A DNA stretch of 55,074 nt from a virus (Duplodnaviria; Caudoviricetes): the IMG/VR virus record IMGVR_UViG_3300032290_000758, positions 1 through 55,074 of that record. One strand, 5' to 3'. The notes beneath the pieces were generated by a model. That model searched no databases. It was given only the letters and a program-made list of their open reading frames with translations, and was not told the DNA's origin. Positions 1-10,252 of the stretch are shown here, piece after piece. Position 1 is the stretch's first letter. Every line of letters starts with the position of its first letter. Both the position numbers and the translations under genes were made by a program.

Positions 1-1455
1 GACTCTGATAATACAGCCTTTTATTTAGATCCTAATGCCACAAGTACATCATTGAATGTAGCAGGTAGGATGGTTGGTACTGCGTGGACAACAACTGCTA
101 GAAACTACTCTAATGAATGGATAGAATTCCCTAACCATAGTGGTTTATTTTCTCCCCTTAATGGCGCACACTTCTATCCTAATAATGCTACTTATGGATC
201 TTGGAGAGTAGCTGGTTCAAGAAATGGATGGGGTGGTTTTGAGTTTGATGCTAGCAACGGTCAGGTTAGTTTAATGATTAGTCCTAGCTCCAATCAGTCA
301 GGATTTCATAATAATAGTTATGGATGGCAGTTTTTTTGGAGCAGTGGTATATTATATGTTTATAAAAATGCATATGGTGGAGGAACGCAAGCTACTGTAT
401 TAGATAGTAGTAATGCTCCATACGCATGGAACATGAATCAGTATGTGAGAACATCAGATAGTGTAACATTTGCTACTTTATCAGTGAGTGGTGCAACCTA
501 TCTACCAAACAATGCTTTATTATCGATAAATGGCGAGTCGGATGTTTGGGGTGCAAGGTTTAGAACTACCACAAGTACAACTAACCTTGGTGCTCAATTA
601 AAAAATATTATTTGGTGTGGAGGTGGAGCATTAGAAGGTTTCGCTGTTAAAGGAAATTACGGTGGTGCTCCCACTGCATTTGAAGTGAGAAATGATGGTA
701 TTGTTTGGGCATCTAGTTCATTCCGTGCTCCTATATTCTACGACTCAGATGACACCACATACTACGCAGACTTCGCTAATACAGGTACTTCAATTTTTAC
801 CGCAGGTATTATTAGATCTTCAGGGGTACAAGTAAAGGGAAGTTCAGGTGGTGGTCAGATTTATCCTACTATGTCTAATGGTGGGGTTAGTTTGTATGGT
901 GGTAATAACTTTACCAATGGAGCCTACTTTACCGTAACAGGTGTTGACTACGCTTCATCTCCCGGAGCGGGTAGTGCGGAATTTGTAATTAGAAGTGCAG
1001 CATCTTCTAAGTTTGCATTGTTTAGTTATAACGGGTCTACTTGGACAGGAAGATATGGTTTATTCGGGTCAACTGGTAACGTGACTATCGGAGATGCTAA
1101 TACTGATATTGGATATCGTCTATATGTTATCGGAGATATATATGCTACTGGAAATATCATTGCATATTCTGATAAGAGAGTAAAAACAAATATCAGAGAA
1201 ATAGAAAATCCGCTGGATCGTGTGCTAAATTCTAGAGGTGTACTCTATGATCGTACTGACACCGATGATAAAAACCAAATCGGTTTCATCGCTCAAGAAT
1301 TAGAAGAGCAGTTCCCTGAGTTAGTATCTACTAGTACAGATGGACGTAAGGGTGTTCTATATCCAAACATGGTAGCGGTTCTTTTAGAAGCTATGAAAGA
1401 GCAACAGAAACAAATTGATAAACTTAAAACCTTAATCAATGGCGCTTCCAAGTAG
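1..1455 (+). CDS. Tail fibre, C-terminal part (5'-truncated), with peptidase S74 intramolecular chaperone domain
   Basis: The frame is open from base 1 (DSDNTAFYLDPN...). The protein is G/S/T/N-rich with repeated 'APIFYDSD..YY.D' units. The C-terminus 'YSDKRVKTNIREI...IGFIAQE...FPELV' plus a coiled coil is typical of S74. Confidence 0.85.
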   Translation, partial: DSDNTAFYLDPNATSTSLNVAGRMVGTAWTTTARNYSNEWIEFPNHSGLFSPLNGAHFYPNNATYGSWRVAGSRNGWGGFEFDASNGQVSLMISPSSNQSGFHNNSYGWQFFWSSGILYVYKNAYGGGTQATVLDSSNAPYAWNMNQYVRTSDSVTFATLSVSGATYLPNNALLSINGESDVWGARFRTTTSTTNLGAQLKNIIWCGGGALEGFAVKGNYGGAPTAFEVRNDGIVWASSSFRAPIFYDSDDTTYYADFANTGTSIFTAGIIRSSGVQVKGSSGGGQIYPTMSNGGVSLYGGNNFTNGAYFTVTGVDYASSPGAGSAEFVIRSAASSKFALFSYNGSTWTGRYGLFGSTGNVTIGDANTDIGYRLYVIGDIYATGNIIAYSDKRVKTNIREIENPLDRVLNSRGVLYDRTDTDDKNQIGFIAQELEEQFPELVSTSTDGRKGVLYPNMVAVLLEAMKEQQKQIDKLKTLINGASK

Positions 1456-1972
1456 TGGTCCTCTATCAATGAGCCAAATAAGGACAGAGCTAGTAAACGG
1501 TGGTATTAGTGATAACATACCTGACACTGCTTACGGATTAAGAGCTTTAAGCGCAGCCGCTGGTAAGTCAACACCAGATGGAATGGATGAGTTTCTTGGG
1601 TATAATGCTGGCGGTGGCACTACTCGTACTGTTACTTGGAGTGTTAACATTCGTTCAGGAAATTGGGTCTCAAAACAATTCACAATAGAGGGTGGTGCAA
1701 ATCTATATGTAAGCACTAGTAATGCGGGTAGCGGATCTTTTACAGTACCCAATATGTCTACATTGGATTTGTACGCATTTGCTCTTATTCAAAACGCAGC
1801 TTTTAACCAAGCCATGGCAGCTGTATTTATTAGGTTATATGATGGTATTCAAGCATTTCCATACGAGACAATAACCTCAAAAGAAAATTGTAGCAATATT
1901 GAGGTAGAGGCAATGGGCAGTTTAATTGTAGATCAGAATATTATTATAGAATTTTTAATTCAATCATGTTAA
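1439..1972 (+). CDS. Tail fibre-associated/tip protein
   Basis: N-terminus 'MALPSSGPLSMSQIRTEL' is commonly seen directly after phage tail-fibre genes. Confidence 0.6.
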   Translation: MALPSSGPLSMSQIRTELVNGGISDNIPDTAYGLRALSAAAGKSTPDGMDEFLGYNAGGGTTRTVTWSVNIRSGNWVSKQFTIEGGANLYVSTSNAGSGSFTVPNMSTLDLYAFALIQNAAFNQAMAAVFIRLYDGIQAFPYETITSKENCSNIEVEAMGSLIVDQNIIIEFLIQSC

Positions 1973-1983
1973 AACAAAACAAA

Positions 1984-2337
1984 ATGGTACTTACAACAAA
2001 AGTAAACAGCATGCTGACTGCTAAGTCTGAAGATGGAATGACAGACGTAGTAAAAAGTGCAAGCTGGACAAGAACAGCTACAGAGGTAGTAGGTGAAGGT
2101 GAAGATGCAAAGACTTATATTGCTAGCTTCCCCGGCGTAACTCCTTTTAACACCCCCGATCCTGCATCTTTTACTCCTTACGAGGATATCACAGAAGAGC
2201 AAGTAATTGGCTGGGTTGATGCAAAAGTAGATATGCCTGCTATTGATGCAACCTTAACATCAAATGTAGAAAACCAAATTAATCCTCCAATAGTAGAGTT
2301 GCCTTTACCATGGGCGCCTCCAACTGAAAACAATTAA
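1984..2337 (+). CDS. Tail-fibre accessory/assembly protein (hypothetical)
   Basis: Motifs 'FTPYEDITEEQVIGWV' and 'NPPIVELPLPW' are typical of small genes beside fibre genes in aquatic phages. ATG at 1984 is preferred over the ORF-track start at 1966. Confidence 0.55.
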   Translation: MVLTTKVNSMLTAKSEDGMTDVVKSASWTRTATEVVGEGEDAKTYIASFPGVTPFNTPDPASFTPYEDITEEQVIGWVDAKVDMPAIDATLTSNVENQINPPIVELPLPWAPPTENN

Positions 2338-2339
2338 TT

Positions 2340-2603
2340 ATGAAGACAATTCAACCTGTAGGTATTTGGGTTAATGGACAGATAAAACAGGCTGGCATTC
2401 TAGACGCCTCTGCTGTAAAGGTAGAATTAGGGAGCTGGGCAAAGTTCCAATACTCTCTTATAGTGGAAGGAGAGGGTGCTGTGGTTACTGGTAATTTAAT
2501 CATGAAAGATGCTGATTATCAGAACTGGGATCAGGACTCATTTGCTTGGGACTGGATCGCAGAGCAATTAAACCTAACCATCACCGGAGATTCACAAGAG
2601 TAA
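2340..2603 (+). CDS. Hypothetical tail-associated protein
   Basis: ORF tightly packed in the operon ('MKTIQPV.IW.NG...YQNW...AWDWIAEQLNLT'). Confidence 0.55.
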   Translation: MKTIQPVGIWVNGQIKQAGILDASAVKVELGSWAKFQYSLIVEGEGAVVTGNLIMKDADYQNWDQDSFAWDWIAEQLNLTITGDSQE

Positions 2604-2627
2604 TCTGTGAATTTCTATGGTGAAAAA

Positions 2628-2661
2628 TTATCTATTATAGATAGCTACTATTGTAACTTTG
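2628..2661 (+). promoter_or_regulatory. Palindromic operator plus Bacteroidetes -7 box upstream of lysis genes
   Basis: TTATCTA-TTA-TAGATAG at 2628-2644; TAACTTTG (TAnnTTTG consensus) at 2654-2661. Confidence 0.6.
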
Positions 2662-2677
2662 TGCAAAATTGTAATCT

Positions 2678-2953
2678 ATGTTAGATTTTAACCAAGCACT
2701 GAAGGGCTTAGATGGAACAGAAGTAAAGGATATGGACGGTACGTCCATTACCCTTGGTAAGCTTTTGTCTTCTCAGTTAGCTTCAGCAAACAAAGGAGAT
2801 GCACTGAAAATGTTTACATGGGCACAGAAGATTTACAACGGTGATACGTTGGATCTTGACCCCAGTGATGAGTCTACTCTTAAAGACTTTATTAAGTCTA
2901 ATGAGCAATTGACTGTTCTGGCTAAGGCTCAGTTATTAAGTGTATTGAAGTAA
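2678..2953 (+). CDS. Hypothetical protein
   Basis: 91-aa ORF directly after the promoter. Confidence 0.6.
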   Translation: MLDFNQALKGLDGTEVKDMDGTSITLGKLLSSQLASANKGDALKMFTWAQKIYNGDTLDLDPSDESTLKDFIKSNEQLTVLAKAQLLSVLK

Positions 2954-2959
2954 TTAATC

Positions 2960-3223
2960 ATGGCGAACAGTTTAGACAGGGTAAAGAGCTGGATCAGCCC
3001 TATGATTATCTCCGGATTTAGTGTGGTTTTATGGAGCCTACTACAGGAGATAAGAACGGATGTGAAATCTCTACTGCAGGCAGAGGCAGCTACAAATATT
3101 AAAATCGAGAATCTTGATAGAAGAGTAACCAGTCTTGAAGCCTTTATCGCCCAGAATAGACTGTTCGCTATTAAACCTGAAGAAATTGAAATACCTAGGC
3201 GTACTACTGCAAAACGTAACTAA
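2960..3223 (+). CDS. Single-TM membrane protein with coiled coil (holin/antiholin-like)
   Basis: Hydrophobic segment ISPMIISGFSVVLWSLL followed by a coiled coil; located in the lysis cluster. Confidence 0.5.
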   Translation: MANSLDRVKSWISPMIISGFSVVLWSLLQEIRTDVKSLLQAEAATNIKIENLDRRVTSLEAFIAQNRLFAIKPEEIEIPRRTTAKRN

Positions 3224-3383
3224 GGGATGGAAGACATCTCTTATAGGATCTGTGATTATTATCGCGGCATTACTAAGCGTTTTCATTAAGGACGCAACTT
3301 GGGTAGACGCTGCAGTGGCTATCTCGATTGGCATTGGGCTACTGTTTGCCCCTGACGATGCCATCAAGAAAGCAAACCAATGA
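3135..3383 (+). CDS. Putative holin (two TM helices; start uncertain)
   Basis: 'KGWKTSLIG' followed by two hydrophobic helices and a basic C-terminus. Confidence 0.55.
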   Translation: MKPLSPRIDCSLLNLKKLKYLGVLLQNVTKGWKTSLIGSVIIIAALLSVFIKDATWVDAAVAISIGIGLLFAPDDAIKKANQ

Positions 3384-3916
3384 AGTGCTTGATAATCATA
3401 CTGTTACTAGTTTCTTGCAATCCTGTTAAGCAGGTATTGAAAGATCAGGTTAAACTAGATGAGGTGGCTCAGGAGGTTATTAGAAGAGGGTATTGTGTTA
3501 ATGATACAACAATTATCACTGCAACAAAGGATAGCGTAATTTATCGTGACTCCATTGTTGAGAAGGTAGAAAGAATACCTTGTAAAGATTTTGATACCAC
3601 TATTGGTAGAGCTAGAATTTCTGTCAACTCGGGGGTGCTAAAATACAGCGCCAAAGATTCTGTAGTCTACAGAACTAAAACAGTTACAAATACGGTTAGG
3701 GATAGAGAGTACGAAAGAATACTCCTATATGATATACGCATGATTAAGGATACCTTATCTATGGAGCGTGCAGATGCCGCTATTATCAAATCCGAGTTTA
3801 AGGCATACAAGATTGATGCAAGAATTGACCGGGTAAAATTGTGGCTTATCATTATAGCCCTTGTGATCTTTACATTCAGAAAACAAATTTTTTCAGCATG
3901 GCGCTTTTTCGTGTAA
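3380..3916 (+). CDS. Putative unimolecular spanin (u-spanin)
   Basis: N-terminal lipobox LLVS-C, a periplasmic region, then a C-terminal TM helix (LWLIIIALVIFTF-RK). Confidence 0.6.
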   Translation: MKCLIIILLLVSCNPVKQVLKDQVKLDEVAQEVIRRGYCVNDTTIITATKDSVIYRDSIVEKVERIPCKDFDTTIGRARISVNSGVLKYSAKDSVVYRTKTVTNTVRDREYERILLYDIRMIKDTLSMERADAAIIKSEFKAYKIDARIDRVKLWLIIIALVIFTFRKQIFSAWRFFV

Positions 3917-4176
3917 TGGCAGCAAAGGATGGTAAGCACGCTTGGGAAGCAACGGGTGTGAACCCTAAGACGGATCGGGAGATTACGTTAAAAGGCGGCG
4001 AGTCTAAGCATCGTGGCAAGTGGGGTACACAAGGTGGTAAGAGTAAGGGCCAAGTTAAAAGCTTCTTTGCTAGACACAAAAAGAATGACAGTCCTAAAGC
4101 CTATATCAATATGTTGAACTGGAAGTACGGATCTCGCATAGGCAAATCTGTGAATATCCCCAATAGTAAGTTTTAA
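3898..4176 (+). CDS. Small basic phage protein
   Basis: K/R/G-rich with 'KSFFARH'; ATG at 3898 preferred. Confidence 0.5.
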   Translation: MALFRVMAAKDGKHAWEATGVNPKTDREITLKGGESKHRGKWGTQGGKSKGQVKSFFARHKKNDSPKAYINMLNWKYGSRIGKSVNIPNSKF

Positions 4177-4862
4177 TGAATATAAACGACGTCCATAATA
4201 CAATACTCTATTTTCTTAACAAGGAGCAGAATGGTTTTGTAACACACGAAGAGATCGATCTCGTGTTGGACAAAAGCCAGATGGTATTATTCAATCAATA
4301 TCACAACAACCCTAAGCAGGTTGCAAACTCTGCTAAGTACGGAGAGTCTCAGCGTATGGACGATGCGCTTAGCCCTTTTAAACAGCGCTATACTTTCACA
4401 TCAATCGCTACCCCTTCCGGTATAATCACACTTCCTAATGACTACATGCACCTGATCTCATTATATACAACTGTATATAATAACACACTTCAGAGAAATG
4501 TGTACTCAGCTGTGCAGGTGTTAAACGAAGAGGAGTTGATCGAGCGCCTAGAGTCTCAGGTTCTCCCTGTTACTCCAGATGACCCGATTGCTATTATGAA
4601 TAGCCAAAACAGAATACAGCTATTCCCTGAATCACCAGCTACTGGCGGTGTATATTATTTTAAAAGACCTGCGGTTCCCGTGTTTAGTTATACTCAATCC
4701 GGAAGAACTGTTACATACAACCCTGCTACTTCAACTCAGCTTGAGTGGAGGGATATGGATATTATGAACGTGATTGTAATTGCACTCTCTTACTATGGCT
4801 TGAATATGAGTAGTGAGATGGTTATGCAGTTTGCTTTAAATAGGGAGGTACAAGGACAATGA
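4176..4862 (+). CDS. Tail ring/head-tail adaptor protein (crAss-like)
   Basis: N-terminus 'LNKEQNGFVT.EEID' and 'LPNDYMHL'; first of three ring-type genes before the muzzle. Confidence 0.6.
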   Translation: MNINDVHNTILYFLNKEQNGFVTHEEIDLVLDKSQMVLFNQYHNNPKQVANSAKYGESQRMDDALSPFKQRYTFTSIATPSGIITLPNDYMHLISLYTTVYNNTLQRNVYSAVQVLNEEELIERLESQVLPVTPDDPIAIMNSQNRIQLFPESPATGGVYYFKRPAVPVFSYTQSGRTVTYNPATSTQLEWRDMDIMNVIVIALSYYGLNMSSEMVMQFALNREVQGQ

Positions 4863-5479
4863 CAACAATCTACTCCATAAGTGAACAGATACAGCGCTTG
4901 CTCAATGGTAACCCTACCATCTCTGATAGGGTAACACTGAAGGAAATTAAGCGTCTTGTTGTTCAGGTGGCTAACCAAGTTCTGAAGGCGGATCTATTTG
5001 CCGTGAATTTTTCGGAAGGCGATACCATACCTAATAACTGTATGGTGTTTACCTATGACAACGTAGTTGTTACTACATATAAAACTACTCTCAGTAAGGC
5101 AACACTACCTGCTATTCCCATCAGCTTACCTAAGAACATGGGTGTGCTACATGTGTCAAAGATTAATGCAATTGATGAACCTTTCATTCCTATTCCTACA
5201 AGTATGTATGGAATCATTAAACCTCAGGATCTTCTTGGGCAACTCTCTGGATTGATATCTTACGAGGTAGTTGGAAAGGATATTATTTTTAATACAAACC
5301 TGCCTGCGCAGAATGTGAACAGTGTTTACATCAGACTAGTAGGTCCAAGTTTAAATGCATTATCAGATTACGACATCTTCCCGGTGTCTTCTGATATGGA
5401 AGCCCAGATTATTCAAACTGTATATAACCTAATTGTTCAGCTTCCACCGGCGGATCGGGACATTGATAAAAGGAACTAA
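4859..5479 (+). CDS. Tail ring/structural protein
   Basis: Position in the ring-gene cluster; C-terminal 'FPVSSDMEAQII'. Confidence 0.5.
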   Translation: MTTIYSISEQIQRLLNGNPTISDRVTLKEIKRLVVQVANQVLKADLFAVNFSEGDTIPNNCMVFTYDNVVVTTYKTTLSKATLPAIPISLPKNMGVLHVSKINAIDEPFIPIPTSMYGIIKPQDLLGQLSGLISYEVVGKDIIFNTNLPAQNVNSVYIRLVGPSLNALSDYDIFPVSSDMEAQIIQTVYNLIVQLPPADRDIDKRN

Positions 5480-5481
5480 GC

Positions 5482-6243
5482 ATGCAAGTAACAACGCTAG
5501 ATAAAATAGTAAGGGGTTCGCTCGCAGATCGGGGGTATACCATGCATTGGTACCTACAATTCATGACATACGCTGTGAGCTGTCTTCGTGAATTAAATTT
5601 TGATGTACTTCAAAATATAAAGAGTGTACGCCTGCCTATCAATTCTTATAAGGCTGCAACACTCCCAGTTGACTTTGTTGATTATGTCCGCGTTGGGAAC
5701 GAACTAGGACAATACCTATACCCTTGGGGTGAGAAGAGGGATTCTTTTAACCGCCTTAATAAATTCGACTCCAATGGTAACAAAATACCTTATTCAGACG
5801 TCGAAGCAACAAACGGTCTTTTACCTAATAACTGGGAAGGATTCTGGTACACAAACTACGTTAATGACAAGGGAGAGCATCTTGGACGTATTTTCAATAA
5901 TATCCCGGGCTTTAGAGAGTCCTTTGTTATCCTCAGAGAACGCAACGAAATACAATTAGACGTAAGCTACAAAGGTCAGTTTATTGTAATGGATTACATA
6001 ACTGATGGTATGTCGCTGACAGCTGCTAATGCTGTACATCCATATGCGATCGAGACGATCAAGGCATATATTATTTGGAAGATGATTTCACATGGTCGTC
6101 AGTATAATCTTGGTGAGAAGCAACTTGCTAAAGATGAGTACTACAACCAGCTTAGAATATTAAGGGCTAGGATGAATGGAGTGGATACACTTGACATCCG
6201 TCGTAGCCTACAGGCTTCTTATGGACCTGTGATAAAGAACTAA
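5482..6243 (+). CDS. Tail tubular protein (crAss-like ring protein)
   Basis: 'RELNFDVL', 'LPVDFVDYVRV', 'IVMDYITDG..VHPYA.ETIKAYI' pattern. Confidence 0.65.
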   Translation: MQVTTLDKIVRGSLADRGYTMHWYLQFMTYAVSCLRELNFDVLQNIKSVRLPINSYKAATLPVDFVDYVRVGNELGQYLYPWGEKRDSFNRLNKFDSNGNKIPYSDVEATNGLLPNNWEGFWYTNYVNDKGEHLGRIFNNIPGFRESFVILRERNEIQLDVSYKGQFIVMDYITDGMSLTAANAVHPYAIETIKAYIIWKMISHGRQYNLGEKQLAKDEYYNQLRILRARMNGVDTLDIRRSLQASYGPVIKN

Positions 6244-6244
6244 T

Positions 6245-9200
6245 ATGCCCGTAACTAAGAAAACATTTCTAGGCGGCGTCAATCAAGACGATGCCGATTT
6301 CCTCTTGGACCCTAAGGAATACCTTGGAGCCCTAAATATCCGATTTGCTACATCAGAAGGTGGCGAGGTCGGGAGAATTACTAACATTGAAGGGACGGTA
6401 ATAAAGAATACAACTATCAATTCTTCAGGGAATACACTGTCATTTGTTTTACCTAGCGGTATTAATAGAACCATAGGCGCTTATGAAGATACAGATAGCC
6501 GCCGCATGTTCTGGTTTAATTGGAACTCTAACGGCAACCATGGCATTTACTGTTATGATTCTGACGACGATCTGATCTATACTGTATTAAAGAATACAAT
6601 ACTTGACTTCCAGTCTGACAAGTTTATCCATAGCGTATCTATGGCGGATAGTCTTTTGTATTGGACTGATAACTATAACGAACCTAGAAGAATTAATGTA
6701 GACGCGGCGATTAAAATGAATCATCCGTCTTACAACTATTCTAGCTCATATATACCATTTACTGTTAAGGTCACTACAGCTGGATCTGGTTATGTGAATG
6801 GAACATATAATAATGTTCCACTTACAGGTGGGTCAGGCGCAGGCGCCACTGCTACTATTGTTGTGTCTGGTGGTGCTATTACATCTGCGACTATCGTGTT
6901 TGGTGGATCTGACTACTTACTAAATGATACGCTAAGCGCAAGTAATGTTAACTTAGGTGGTACAGGATCTGGTCTTGTTCTAACCATTAATATGGTCCTC
7001 AACAATTCTGTTTTGACTGTAATTAGAAACCAGCCTTGGGCACCACTAACTGTGGCTAAGTCACAGACTGTTGGGCAGACTAACAACTTTATAGCAGACG
7101 AATCATTCCAATTTTCCTACCGTTTTGTATACAGGGATAACGAGGTGAGTACATTCTCTCCCCTTTCTAAACTTATTGACTACAACTCTATACTAGAGAA
7201 TATAGCAAATCTTAATACCGTAGATATTGCCATGCCTCTTGATCAGAAGATCGAGCTTGATGTAATCAAGGTTGAGTTTGCTGTAAAGTATATGACTGGT
7301 GGTGCTGTTCTTGTGTTTAAGACCATCGAAGATCTATCTTCACTTACCGCACACAACGCAGGTACTGCTATTACGTTTAAGTTCTACAACGATACAATTG
7401 GCGTAGCGGTTGACGGTGCTAGTGCTGTGAAACCATACGACTCTGTTCCTCTTAAGGCAAAGACCTTGGAGATTGCAAAAAACAGATTGTTCTTGGGTAA
7501 TCTTACTGATGGATACGATACACCTAAGACCACTTCACTCAGCATTGGAAATGCTATTGCTGATACTGCTGTTGTCAAGGGTGGTTGGTATATGCTGGTG
7601 TATAGAAAGTTTGGCGTAACAAATATTAACTACATCTTAAGGGTTGATAATATTACTTCGAACGCTGGCTACTATCAAACAAACCCGGTTACCCTTGGTA
7701 CACCTCTACCCTCTACTGTAAATTACGGTAGCATGGTGTACATGGGAATTGGATTAAGTGGTATTTCCATATATCTTAATGTTGTTATGCCAGATATATA
7801 CCAGCTGTACTACCTAAATCAGGACGCGACTATCACTCAGAGTAGTGGCCTACCTATAGGTACTGGCCTAGTTGGGTCTACTGTATTTAAGTCAGACTCC
7901 TATTATAGAGCTGGCGTAGTATTCTTTGACGGGGCTGGACGTAAGTCTGGTGTTGTTTCAAAAGATAACATTCGTGTTAGTATCCCTGATCGGGATTATA
8001 ACGGTACTACTTTCTATACTGGTGTAAACTGGAGTTTGAATAATATTTCTGCAGTTTCAGAAATTCCTAACTGGGCAACACACTACGCTGTTGTTAGGAC
8101 TAAATGTCTGCGTGCTAGCCTGTTCTTCCAGATGCGTGCTGACTCTATTCACTACATTCCTAAAAATGATGATGGTACCTATGGCGCCGTAAAGCATTTC
8201 TATGCTAGTAACGACTTTGGGGTGGCAATCAATGTGAAGAGTTTATTTAGTGCTGGTCTTGGTTATAGCTTTAACGCTGGAGATATTCTTAAGCTATACA
8301 TATCAGGAGTAGGTATATACAGCCTAAAGATTAAAGACACTTATGGTAGTTATATTATTACTGAGCTGGTTAATCTGGGTAACACATCCTCCCTTGTGGC
8401 TTTGTATGAGGTATACACTTCTTATATTCCAAGTACTACTGAATACTTTTATGAAGTCGGTCAGATTTATAAAGTAAACAATCAGGGTACCCCGAGTCGC
8501 CAGTACAGTAATGTAGCTGGAACCTTTACAGGTGACGTTACACTAGTACAAAGGACTATCGGAGTTAGTACATTCTTAGCAGAGGCGATGAGCCCTATTG
8601 ATAAATACTGGCAGAACTGGTACACAGATGCTGGGCGTGTTAATATTGAAGTAGAAGATGGTCAGCGCGAGAAGCCTGTTACAATAAGTTACTCTAATGT
8701 GATCATCCCGGGTACTAGATCTAATGGTCTAAGTTCATTTGATGTTCTTGATTTTACCACGGTTCCTCAGGAGCTTGGGGGTATAAGCAGACTTGTCTTC
8801 ACATCAAAAGTACAATCAGAGGGCACAGTTCTTCTTGGTATTGGAGAAGGCGAGACAGCAAGTATATATATTGGAGAAACACAAGTATTCGACAACACTG
8901 GGTCTTCGTTCCTTGCTAAGAGCACAGGTGTTATTGGTAATGTGAATGTATTAAAAGGATCGAAAGGAACCATACATCCAGAAAGCGCTTTTGAGTGGGA
9001 AGGATCTGTAATATTCTTTGATGCTAATCACGGTGCTTGGGTTAGATATGACGGTAATGGACTATATCCAATATCAGACAATAAAATGATCCGCTACTTC
9101 AGAAGAGTAGGTCAGGATATATCTAACTACTACAAGAATCCTTCTGAATATAATTTAATAAATCCTAACCTTCCATTACGTGTACTTGGAGCAGTTGATC

Positions 9201-10252
9201 CCTTCCATGACGAATATATTTTATCAATGCCTAGAATGTTCTTGAATCCCAAGAATAGTATTCTGGCTGATATGGAACTTGCTAGTATTACTACAGCATT
9301 TACAACAGTAGCTCCTCAGTTAACTGCAACTCCAAACACACTTTCTGGATTTACTTACGTGTTAAACTCTGGTCCTTCTACTTCTCAGTCGTTCACTATA
9401 TCCGGAACAAACTTAATACCCAACGGAACGGTAAGCGTACCATGCTCATCTTCTTTTGAGGTATCTACAGATAACATAACATTCTCATGTCTTGCAACCC
9501 TACCATACACAGGGTCTGGAACCTTTGCAATCAATACGATATATGTTCGTATGAAAGCCGGAAAAGCTACAGCAAGTTATAATGAAATACTAACAATCAC
9601 CGGTGGTGGCGCATCTACTACGGTATCTGTTCAAGGGTCTGTAACTCAGCCTTCAACTCCGACTATCATCATAAATCCTAATGTGATGGGCGGACTTTCT
9701 TATGTAATTAACAACGGTCCTTCAATAAGTGTGGGTGTTGCAGTAACTGGTTACAACCTAAGCCCAGCTAGTGGTAACGTATCAATACCGACTTCTTCGT
9801 TCTTTGAGTTCTCTCTTGATGGTACTACATATTCTACCAGCTTAACCTTACCATATACAGGTGGCGCTCTTGCTAATACCAATGTTATAGTAAGATTAAA
9901 GGCTGGACAGTCTATCTCTAGCTACACTGAGGTACTTAACGTAACAGGTGGAAGTGCGTCTGCTAGTTTGACTTTATCTGGTAATGTAACCGATATTATG
10001 CCAGCCGCGTATGTATATGATGCGGGAGTTGGTATGAGCGTGTCGCAGGCTTGTAACACATATGTAAGTAGCCCGCAGAGTGTATACTCAATGGACGATC
10101 CGTCACAGTTCGGAGTTGGATCTCAGATATTCATTGACCTAGCCCTTACATCTCCGTTGACGGGATACACTCACATTTTCATTAATGGATCTAACTGGGA
10201 TCTTAACCCTTCTAACGGTGTAGTTATTGCTTACTCTTCAATTCAGTGCTAA
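6245..10252 (+). CDS. Tail stabilization (muzzle) protein, N-terminal part, with appended Ig-like repeats
   Basis: 'F.GG.NQDDAD..L...EY..ALNIR', 'LLYWTDNYNEPRRIN', 'FSYRF.Y.DNEVS.FSP', 'NRLFLGNL.DGYD' are characteristic of crAss-like stabilization proteins. Confidence 0.75.
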   Translation: MPVTKKTFLGGVNQDDADFLLDPKEYLGALNIRFATSEGGEVGRITNIEGTVIKNTTINSSGNTLSFVLPSGINRTIGAYEDTDSRRMFWFNWNSNGNHGIYCYDSDDDLIYTVLKNTILDFQSDKFIHSVSMADSLLYWTDNYNEPRRINVDAAIKMNHPSYNYSSSYIPFTVKVTTAGSGYVNGTYNNVPLTGGSGAGATATIVVSGGAITSATIVFGGSDYLLNDTLSASNVNLGGTGSGLVLTINMVLNNSVLTVIRNQPWAPLTVAKSQTVGQTNNFIADESFQFSYRFVYRDNEVSTFSPLSKLIDYNSILENIANLNTVDIAMPLDQKIELDVIKVEFAVKYMTGGAVLVFKTIEDLSSLTAHNAGTAITFKFYNDTIGVAVDGASAVKPYDSVPLKAKTLEIAKNRLFLGNLTDGYDTPKTTSLSIGNAIADTAVVKGGWYMLVYRKFGVTNINYILRVDNITSNAGYYQTNPVTLGTPLPSTVNYGSMVYMGIGLSGISIYLNVVMPDIYQLYYLNQDATITQSSGLPIGTGLVGSTVFKSDSYYRAGVVFFDGAGRKSGVVSKDNIRVSIPDRDYNGTTFYTGVNWSLNNISAVSEIPNWATHYAVVRTKCLRASLFFQMRADSIHYIPKNDDGTYGAVKHFYASNDFGVAINVKSLFSAGLGYSFNAGDILKLYISGVGIYSLKIKDTYGSYIITELVNLGNTSSLVALYEVYTSYIPSTTEYFYEVGQIYKVNNQGTPSRQYSNVAGTFTGDVTLVQRTIGVSTFLAEAMSPIDKYWQNWYTDAGRVNIEVEDGQREKPVTISYSNVIIPGTRSNGLSSFDVLDFTTVPQELGGISRLVFTSKVQSEGTVLLGIGEGETASIYIGETQVFDNTGSSFLAKSTGVIGNVNVLKGSKGTIHPESAFEWEGSVIFFDANHGAWVRYDGNGLYPISDNKMIRYFRRVGQDISNYYKNPSEYNLINPNLPLRVLGAVDPFHDEYILSMPRMFLNPKNSILADMELASITTAFTTVAPQLTATPNTLSGFTYVLNSGPSTSQSFTISGTNLIPNGTVSVPCSSSFEVSTDNITFSCLATLPYTGSGTFAINTIYVRMKAGKATASYNEILTITGGGASTTVSVQGSVTQPSTPTIIINPNVMGGLSYVINNGPSISVGVAVTGYNLSPASGNVSIPTSSFFEFSLDGTTYSTSLTLPYTGGALANTNVIVRLKAGQSISSYTEVLNVTGGSASASLTLSGNVTDIMPAAYVYDAGVGMSVSQACNTYVSSPQSVYSMDDPSQFGVGSQIFIDLALTSPLTGYTHIFINGSNWDLNPSNGVVIAYSSIQC

